A DNA stretch of 60,760 bases, the filler included, from Basidiobolus ranarum (lineage: Eukaryota), in NCBI GenBank assembly GCA_040143965.1. It is 5 parts of 5 records of this genome, joined end to end, with 100 filler letters (N's around TTAATTAATTAA, not from the genome) between each part and the next. Parts side by side here need not be neighbours in the genome. Positions count along the whole stretch, not along the records: positions 48,718 to 60,760 come from JASJQH010007446.1; 4 more parts are not named here. One strand, written 5' to 3'. Positions within the stretch are counted from its first letter, which is position 1. The number at the start of each line of letters is the position of its first letter. Below are positions 51,907 through 60,760 of this stretch, piece after piece. The notes below the pieces were generated by a model. The model was not told the DNA's origin and did no database searches. It saw nothing but the letters and a program-made list of their open reading frames with translations. The position numbers and the translations under genes are program-made.

Positions 51907-52028
51907 GACAACTAGGGGTGCTCTGTGACATTTCATACTGAGGTAAGGGTCAGTGAGATGTTGCAAATGGGCTGAGATTATACCCTCGGAACCTGACCAG
52001 GATAATTCCTGCGAAAGGGAAAGTTGTC
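51907..52028 (+). ncRNA. TPP (thiamine pyrophosphate) riboswitch aptamer in the 3' region of the transporter gene
   Basis: P1 GACAACT (51907-13)/AGTTGTC (52022-28); P2 GGGGT/ACCCT; long P3 TGTGACATTTCA..CTGA/TCAG.TGAGATGTTGCA; conserved GCTGAGA; P4/P5 ACCTGACCAGGATAATTCCTGCGAAAGGGA matching the TPP consensus. Confidence 0.95.
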
Positions 52029-53241
52029 TAGTATTCTGATAATTTAACCTTATTTTGTAGTCTCAATAATAAATTATTTATATTCTGTTCCTAATTTCTA
52101 TTGACTGTTGGTTAGAGTAGTATCCGGACTTCTTGGGTGCGGGGCAACCTCAGATACCAGTTTGAAGACGATATATTGAATTCAAACACATTCTCGGATT
52201 CATTGCTTACAATGATCGGGAAGACAGCATTAATGTAGTTATTGATAGTTTGGCTCGCTCATGTCTGTGCTATGAAGCTTTACTTCCTGGTTATCAAGGT
52301 TAATTTGTTAGTCAAGAGACTTGATCTACTATGGTGTGGTGTGGTGAAGTAATAGTATTAAAATACATACACTGATCATGCCTATATAGAGAGTAGAATG
52401 CTTTTATCATTTGAATAAAACGAAAGAAAGTACTTGTGATGAGTTGTTTAAAATGCCAAGTTGTATCACGTTATACGAGGACTTCCAGGGTTACATTTCG
52501 AAGTAAGACTGGCTTTAGGTAGTTGAGATTTATTTTAAGCTGCACTACCATGAGATTCTTATTCTTATGAATCATTTATTTTCTCCCAGGATTGGTGTTC
52601 TACAAAAATAAGTAAAAGAAAAAATACTAACATAATGATTGGACTTTTCGAAAATGGCTTAACTTTCAATATACTCAATGGAAATAGAGGGATTTTGTGT
52701 AGAATTTTCTCTTGAGTTTGTGCAATCGGAATGTGCTAATCGTATCTGTACTGCTAGAACTATATACATAGTAAATAATAAATCGAAATGTTTATTTGTT
52801 TACAACGCTCACTACCAATCGAACTTAAAAGAACTGATAATATATGCCTCGGAATGAAGAAATTACTACCATATAGAGTTTCATGGGTATCACTAGTAAC
52901 ACATAAATATGTCACCTTAACAAGTATGTACAACCAGTTCCGAAGACTCAATCAGTTATTTAAATCAGCCAATGGAGTGTCAGAAGTCTCTCAAACAAAG
53001 CAATGTACAAGTATTAATGTGTTGCAGAGCACAAGCTTGCGTATTGAGATGCATGGGGATTTAGTGATGACCATACTGATGGAAGTGATGAGAATGGCAC
53101 AAGTAGTGGGGGGAGATGATGACAAAGGAGCTAGTTGTGGACTAAATAGTTTGCATACCGGACTTAGCCGGTCATCTATATATGGAAGGCAAGTCAACTC
53201 ACTCTATTACTCTACAAAACATCGCATCACACCACCGCCCC

Positions 53242-53427
53242 AATCTCCACCATTTTGAGGAAGAAAGGAAGGTGATGGTTTCTTGGAGATATCAGACCAG
53301 AGAAGGGTCCCTGAAGAAATGCTGGTCGTACCCGAGGTGCAGAACTCTTGACACACCCATTTTAGCCTAGTGTGAGATCGATCGATTTGATATATGAATT
53401 GGTCAAATTTCTATTTAGGGCGATCAT
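53242..53427 (+). repeat. Dispersed repeat; inverted copy at 60575-60760
   Basis: 186 nt ungapped manual alignment to the reverse complement of 60575-60760 with about 15 mismatches. Confidence 0.92.
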
Positions 53428-53890
53428 AGATGAAGCAAGAATACGACTCTTCATATGAAGTCAGATTTATAGCTAAAGCAATAGAGATTTTGTCAAGCAC
53501 CAATGTAATAATGTATAAACATCAATTTATTACTATTAAGCATGATTTCTTATGAAACATTGAACGATTGGCGCTAGAAGGAATACTGGTTTTATAATAA
53601 AATGTTTTACGTAGGTGGTTTGTTTATGTGGTACAGTCTCAACCGAAAGTCATCATAAATATGATAGAATATTTACTCACAATACCTACAATTAAAATAA
53701 TGTTCAAAAAGTACAAACATACGCATACACAATGGCAACGAAATAAAGGGACTTGGGCGAAAAATATATATCCGAGAGAGGTACGGAAATTGAGGTTGCA
53801 CACATGCGTATTTTGATTAGATTAAAATGTATGGAAACAAGTGCAATTTTCAATTTGCAGTAGAAGATGGTCGCTTTACATGAAAATCAA

Positions 53891-56800
53891 TCATGTCGTT
53901 TCTTGAAACTCCGAGCAGTTTTTCGTTAACCATTTTTGAAGCATCTGATTCAATTCTCCAAGTTTTACTGGCTTGGCTAAGAAGTCGTTCATTCCTGATG
54001 TCATACACTCCTTTTGTGTACTTTCAATACAACTGGCACTTAAGGCTACAATAGGAATATCCCGAACTGGTGCATCAAATAACTGTCGAACATCTCTGGT
54101 AGCTTCAAATCCATCTTTTATAGGCATAGCACAGTCCATTAAAACCAGAGAGAACTGATCTCCGGGTGCTTGTTTTAATAGATCCACCGCTTCAGCACCG
54201 TTTTTGGCTCCTGTTGAACGATAACCTAGGCGTTTCAATTGTCGATGTACGACCTCCATATTGACAGGATTATCTTCGACCACTAGAATCATATACCTAC
54301 CATTAACATGAACTGCATCACCAACTACGCCCACTTCCACATCTTTTTTACCAAGGCCACCAGGCGCCTTTTTAGCACTTGTGTTTAATAGCTTTCGGGA
54401 ATTCTTCTTTTTTGTAGTGATCGGTGAAATGGGTGACACTGTATCAGAATCATGAGGTGGTGGGGTGAGCGGTCCGGTATTTAGGTGAAGTACTTCAGAT
54501 GATTTTAGCTTGATATCTAGTTCCAGCTTCTCTTGATAAAAGTTTAGAAGCGCACACGTCAACTTAAATTTAGTCACTGGCATCGATATCCCAACTACTG
54601 TATCATCGAATTGGCTCACGACGGTTTGTGCTAAATGAAGTGATGATAGTGGAAATATCAATAGAATGTGGAGTGTAGGATCAAGAGCCTTAAGCTTGGC
54701 CACTGTATCCGAAAGTGAATTAACGGCTTCGTTTCCTGTTACATTTAGAAACACGCACTGGAAAGGATCGGATGTAGACTGGGTCTGCTTCAAAAGTCCA
54801 AGTCCCTCACTGTACGTTTTAGCTTGGACATGCGACCGGACTAGATCTTGAATCAACATGGCAATTGAGGTATCTTCAGCATCTCCAGCACATATTGTCA
54901 AGCATTTCTGTGTATGGATCATATCTAAATATTTGCTTTCAATCACGCGGTTAGGGTCTGAATCAGTAAAATGCCAAGTGAACCAAAACGAGGACCCTTC
55001 GCCAAGGGTAGATTCCACGCCAATTTGCCCTTCACCAATTTCAACCAACTCTTTACATATTGCTAACCCAAGTCCCACTCCATCGTATTTACGAGTCATG
55101 GATCCATCGATTTGATGGAAAGAGCGGAAGAGATGCTTATTAATGGCCTCTTTAGCAATGCCGATACCTGTATCTGTAACCCTAAATCGAAGAGTAATTC
55201 TATTGGTGTCTAGAATACTAGATTCGATTTGAGGCTCTAGCCTCTCCACGTGGATGGAAACCTGTCCTTGGTCTGTAAACTTGAATGCATTACTTAGAAG
55301 ATTCATTAGTACCTGCTGAACTCGAGCAGAGTCTCCAATAACGTTCTTCGGTACGTTCGGCTCACAGGTGCATGTTAATTTAAGGCTTTTCTCCTCCTTT
55401 TGTTTGGAGAAGACATTCATGGTAGATTGGAGTAGATCGGACAGACTGAAATCCATAGGTTTAAGTTTAATCTTTCTAGCTTCCAATTTGGCCATATCAA
55501 GGATGTCATTCACCACTCGTAGCAACACATCGCTGGCAGTAAGCATGATCTTCAACATCTCCCTTTGTTCCAATGTCAATTGGGTATCTTCAAAAGCACT
55601 CACTAGGCCGATAATGGCATTCAGTGGAGTTCGGATTTCTGCCAAATAGAATATATTAGAGTTATGAATCACAAGTGAAACTTCAAATGCAAGGCTTTAC
55701 CATGTGAGGTGTTTGCGAGAATAACACTTTTCGCTCGATTGGCGGCATTTACTGCTTCCATTTGAATTTCTTGGTTAATTTTTTCGCTAACCAGTTTATC
55801 ATGAGATATAGCTAAAGCAACTTGTGTGGCTATCTGCTGAATCAAAGTACATTGTAGTTCGCTCCATTCTAAACCAGGTACGTGACGTGCTGTGATCCAA
55901 CCCCAGCTCTCATCATCAAGCATGATCGGAATTCCAATAAAAGCACACTCTTGGCTAAAGTCAGGAGGAAATAGGGTGGCTATGTTTACACCATTCTCGA
56001 CAGTTTGGTCGATGTGTCGAAATGGCTCGCTCAGTTGATCCGAACTATAACCAAAGGTACGATTTAAGAATGAAGAGGTGGTTACGTTTCCGCGGAGTGC
56101 TTCAGCCTTGACTGTAAATTTGGGTTGATCGGTAACATTATGGCATATCAATATGCAGTCAGCATCCAATGCTTTTCTAACTTCATCAGCTGTCTCCTGC
56201 AGGATATCCTCAAGACCAAACCTAGCCCGGATTTTTCCTGAAATGTTGAGCACCATTTGCTTGCATTCTGTTTGCATCCGCTGTTGTATAAGAAGCTCAT
56301 GTCTCAGCTTGCTCAATATGACGTTCGTACGAACACGTGCGAGTAGCTCTTGGGCTGAAAACGGCTTAATGAGATAGTCATCCGCACCTGCCTCCACACC
56401 CTCAGCAGAAGCCGCGGGGCCTGCTCGAGCTGACAAAAAGATAATAGGAATGGTGGCAGTTTTAGGATTTTCTCGAAATGCTTTCAATAGCCCTAATCCA
56501 TCTAAATGAGGCATCATTACATCTATGCAAAGGTTCGGAGTGTTAATGAACGTTCAAAAGTGAAAATAAAAGTTTCACTTACCCGAGAGGACCAAGTCTG
56601 GAACTCGGAAGTTGATAATCTCTAATGCTTCAAGCCCATTCGTAGCTAATAAAACCTCGAACTCATCTTCTAGTAAGGTGTATATGTAACTACGCATATC
56701 ACTATTGTCATCGGCTAATAGAACACAAGGCTTTTGGATACTAGAATCAAGAGTACAGGCAGGAAGATTAGTGCTGTCCGGTAAACTCACATGCTCCTCA

Positions 56801-58814
56801 ATACGAGGTTGAGAATCCGTGGTAGTAGAGCCCCATTGCTGCATTTCATCTAGAAACAGAGTTGCGGTTTTCTTGATTCTAATATCAGGCAATTTCGGCG
56901 TATCACCTACAATAAACTCTGGGGAGATATGGGATTTTCCAGTTGGTATTGTCACATTGAATGCAGTTCCGACCAACTCCTTTGACTCGACATCAATTGT
57001 TCCCAAGTGGAAACGGACTAACTCCTGAACAAGGGCGAGTCCAATACCGGTGCCCTCATAAGAACGAGCTTCTACACTTCTTACACAATAGAAACGATCG
57101 AAAAGATGTTTCATGTCCTCTTTAGAAATGCCTATACCAGTATCAATCACTGATAACTGTATTGCCTCAACGGTTTCCCCATCTGGCATCTCCATAATAG
57201 TGGGCTTCAAGCTGACCGATACAATACCACTTTTGGTGAATTTAAAAGCGTTCGAAACTAAATTGAGTAAGATCTTCTCCCACATATCCTGATCAACATA
57301 GACAGGAAGTTCAGTAATCATCTCTGGGACATTTATAACAAACTCAACTCCAAGGGTAACTGCCGTTGATTCGAAAGAAGAAAGCAACTCTCGAGTAAAC
57401 TGTGAAATATTGGTTTGTTGAAAAGCAGCAGTATTCTTTCCAGCCTCGATTTTGCTAAACTCAAGAAGAGTATTCACCAGTTTTAGCAGACGTCTGGCAT
57501 TCCTTTGGACCATCAGCATATTCTTTCTAGCTTTAGGAGGGAGGGTATGATCATGCAAAGTCTGCTCAATAGGGCTAAGAATCAAAGGCAATGGTGTCCG
57601 AAGTTCGTGCGATACATTCTGAAAAAAAGCAGTCTTAGACCGATTCAATTCGGCCAAGGTTTCTATTTGTTTTTTCTCCTCTTCACAAGTAATACCCGCT
57701 TTAATTGCTGTTGTAACATACGCAGCGAGATGTGAAAAGAAATCTTGGTAATCACTATCAAGAAGTCGTAAAGTGTGTAGTCCACAGACCATCACTGCCG
57801 ATATCCGTCCTTCTGGCGCCCTAGAAATGAATAATGGAAGAAACACAGCTCTAGTACCATCGGGTAGTCTAATAAGCTCCGCTTCACCAGAAGCAGCAAC
57901 TTTGGCAACTGGCCAGTAAGCTGGGCAAGTATCATCATTATCCTTGATGGATACTAAATGTTCAGGAATGCAAGGATTGATTACACCGTCAGTAACATCT
58001 TCACCGAAACTACTTGTTACGAGCTCCAATGTCTTCGAGCCGTTCGATTGATAGGGGTAATAAATCATGGACCATGGTACATCAGTATTATTCTTCTTCA
58101 GAGCAGATGTAACTGAGTAACATGCTTCTTGATGGTTTTGAGCAACACGAGTAAGCTTGCCAACTTCATTCAGCGCAGTCAATCGCCTTTGACCAATATA
58201 CTGTTGCGTCTGCTCAAAAGTGGTATTTAACGCACCAACAACTTTACCATCTGTATCGAATATCGGTGAAATAGAGAAGCGAAACCACGTCTCTTCTTCG
58301 TAACCAGCTCGTTGCAACAAAAATATTTGATTCTCCAAGAAAGCGCCTTTTCCAGTTTCATATGCTTTTGTAATCAGAGGTTTCATAATATGCCATATTT
58401 CGGCCCAAACTTTATGCCCAGGCTCGCCAAAGGCTTTTGCAAAAGGGTTATTAATCAGTCGAAAGCAATGCATTATGCAATAGTTTTACCTTCAGGATGT
58501 TTAGTACCAAGAATTGCTGACCAAGCTTGATTGTATAACAGCAAGTCATCTTCACCGTAATATATAGCCATTGGGAAAGAAGAATGAAGAACGAGATTTA
58601 AAGTCCATTTAAAACAATCTGACCAATTTTCTTTCGGTCCTAAAGAAGTTTGAGACCAGTCTTTAAGTTCAACCAGCTCTGAAACTGTAACCCCAGGGGC
58701 TTTCAATTCTGGCACGTAGCTTTCCACATCGTTGGTATTAAACTTAAGATATGTCATAATATTCGAAAAGCTATGTTCTTCAGAAGAACAGTGAGTGGGG
58801 GCTGTTTTCAACAT
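53891..58814 (-). CDS. Dual hybrid histidine kinase (PAS/GAF-like, HisKA-HATPase, REC, GAF, HisKA-HATPase, degenerate REC, REC), 4 exons, about 1581 aa
   Basis: Exons 58814-58490, 58433-56583, 56522-55701 and 55638-53891 sum to 4746 nt in frame. Two H-boxes (VSHELRTPL, TSHEIRTPL), two N/G-box sets (NLVSNAFKFT, DTGIGI, GTGIGL; NLLSNAFKFT, DTGIGI, GVGLGL), receivers ADDN..SDVMMP..KPF and VEDN..MDCAMP..KP. Confidence 0.93.
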
Positions 58815-60574
58815 ATACTTCAAAGAAGTCTGAGGACTTGAGAAGTACTGTAAGAGATTTGAACCGAGTGCTTATACAAAAACTACTATTCTATCGAATG
58901 GATATAATATAAATGCAACTATTCACCACCAAGGGGAATTGATAGAGTAAAATAAGTCCAAAAGGATAGAAAAACAAATTGAAGCGAAGGCAACGAGGTA
59001 AGGACTTGGGATTAATATAAAAAGATTGCTAGGATCATCGGACTTTAAAATACCATACACCAAAGTGAGCCATGGGGAGGCAAAAATTCCCAACTGTTCT
59101 GAAGCAGCAATTGCAAAATCGATGAAGGCAATAAAAGATTATCCATGAAAGTATATTCACTCAATGCTTGTATAATTTAAAGAATCCTATATTGTTAAAG
59201 TGGAAATCCACATAAATAAATCTGGGGATTCCATTTTTAGCATTCATTTAATTATTCTAAAGAGGGAAGGTAGAGAAAACCAATAAGTATACACGGTATC
59301 GCTGACCGACATTAATTAGAATTTCTCTAGAATGAAGATCAACTTATTTGCTGAGGAAACCAGTTGCGAGAGACCAAAAGAATCAGTGGATCAGTCGGAT
59401 TAAGAGTGCACGGAGAATATGAACACAAATAGAGATATTCTTTATTTTGTATAGTTAGAAGAATTTGATCGGTGATCCGTTCCAATTTGCTAATACTTTT
59501 GTGGTTTAGTCGGCCCGCTTGCGTTTATCCAGTAAGTTTTTTGTGTGTCAAGTGGTTTTGTTGTTTGGAGTGCAAGGCGATTAGAGTCCAGAATATGAAG
59601 CCTGTGTTCCTCTACGTGACGAATCTACTAACATAAATAGGTAAACTACTGGCGGTCACTCGATATGTACCTACTGATCAGTATCAAGACCCATCTTATG
59701 CACCTCGTATTACGTCCAAGTCATCATGACCATTCCAATACCCTCTGCAACAGTCATGGTGGTGGATTCTTCGATACTTTGAATGCTTTTCTGGATCTAG
59801 AAATTGGTGCTACGTCCACATCAGCTAATTGAGCATCCTGGAATACCCTACCCCAAAATTGCTGACCTCACCATTGAATGGGATTGTGGCTATATATATA
59901 TATATTGATCCGCCACTCAACCACGAAGCCACGAAGCTAACCCCTTCATCAGTGTTTCTCACGAGAAAAAATCGCTAGCCATAAAACTAAATATCCATTC
60001 ATGTTGATTCCATTCAAACTTGACCGAATGCCATTTGGGTTGCACATCCATTTAGTTTCAAACATGTTTATGGATGGCACTACTCCTAAACCTTACTAAT
60101 TCCATTGCATTGACCAAGTGGAATTAACCCACCAAGCGCCCTTTAGCCTGGCCAAAAGGATGTTTTGATAAGAATGTGAGTTGGAGATTACTGGCTTTTT
60201 CATTAAATAACTCTTTCTATGATGGCTGTAGAGTTTTGCTTAACTCTTAGATTGGTTAGTATGCTATCTTCAACCCTAGATAATGACAGATTAGTACATA
60301 TGTTGCTTGTGCAACTAAACTGCATTCATCTTTTTGGTTCCAGTTTCTTTCGTTAAATGGCAGGTGAAGAGAATAGTCAGAATCTTTAGTCAGTTGGCAT
60401 TGACGAAGACATTAGTGCCGACTAAACTGAGTTGCAGTAATGATTCGATCTTAAATATATAAAAACTACCTGGACACCATGCTACTCTACGTCGACAACA
60501 GGATTCAACTGGCTATCTTTGAGTGATATGTTGGCCGTTGTTCAAGGGAGAAAGGAGTCACTGGCCTTCACTTA

Positions 60575-60760
60575 ATGATCGCTCCAAATAGAAATTCGAT
60601 CAACTCATATATCAAATCGATCGATCTCACACTAAGCTAAAATAGAAATGTCAAGAGTTCTGCACCTCGGGTACGACCAGCATTTCTTCAGGGACCCTTC
60701 TCTGGTCTGATATTTCCAAGAAACCATCGCCTTCCCTTCGTCCTCAAAGTGGTGGAGATT
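60575..60760 (-). repeat. Dispersed repeat; inverted copy of 53242-53427, cut by the window end
   Basis: Reverse complement matches 53242-53427 at about 92% by manual count. Confidence 0.92.

Noticed and set aside
1-52028. Thiamine-uptake cluster linking the NCS1 permease and the TPP-associated transporter
   Set aside because: They are on different, arbitrarily concatenated contigs, and the NCS1 substrate is unknown.

Overview
Eukaryotic DNA with short GT-AG introns. The gene repertoire suggests an early-diverging fungus, but the organism cannot be identified from sequence alone. The window is not contiguous: it is five contigs of steadily decreasing length (12111, 12083, 12069, 12054, 12043 nt) joined by artificial 100-nt N44-TTAATTAATTAA-N44 linkers, so adjacency across linkers is meaningless. 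Recognisable genes: NCS1 permease (5' part), Old Yellow Enzyme, a small secreted protein, exosome RRP4, NUDT19-like Nudix hydrolase, Git3/cAMP-receptor-like GPCR, Pcl-type cyclin, GPI-type chitin/polysaccharide deacetylase, WBP2/GRAM-like protein, compact Cdc25 phosphatase, an intronless bacterial-type DAACS symporter, a sodium:solute-symporter-family transporter and a dual hybrid histidine kinase. CpG-depleted transposon debris covers about 18-24.3 kb and 24.4-25.1 kb. The most striking locus is the transporter at 50234-51762. It has an in-frame UGA-C in otherwise intact coding sequence and a well-formed TPP riboswitch aptamer downstream of its final stop codon. The aptamer's P3 loop region holds a 5' splice-site-like GTAAGG and a 7-mer (GGGTCAG) complementary to the sequence spanning that UGA.
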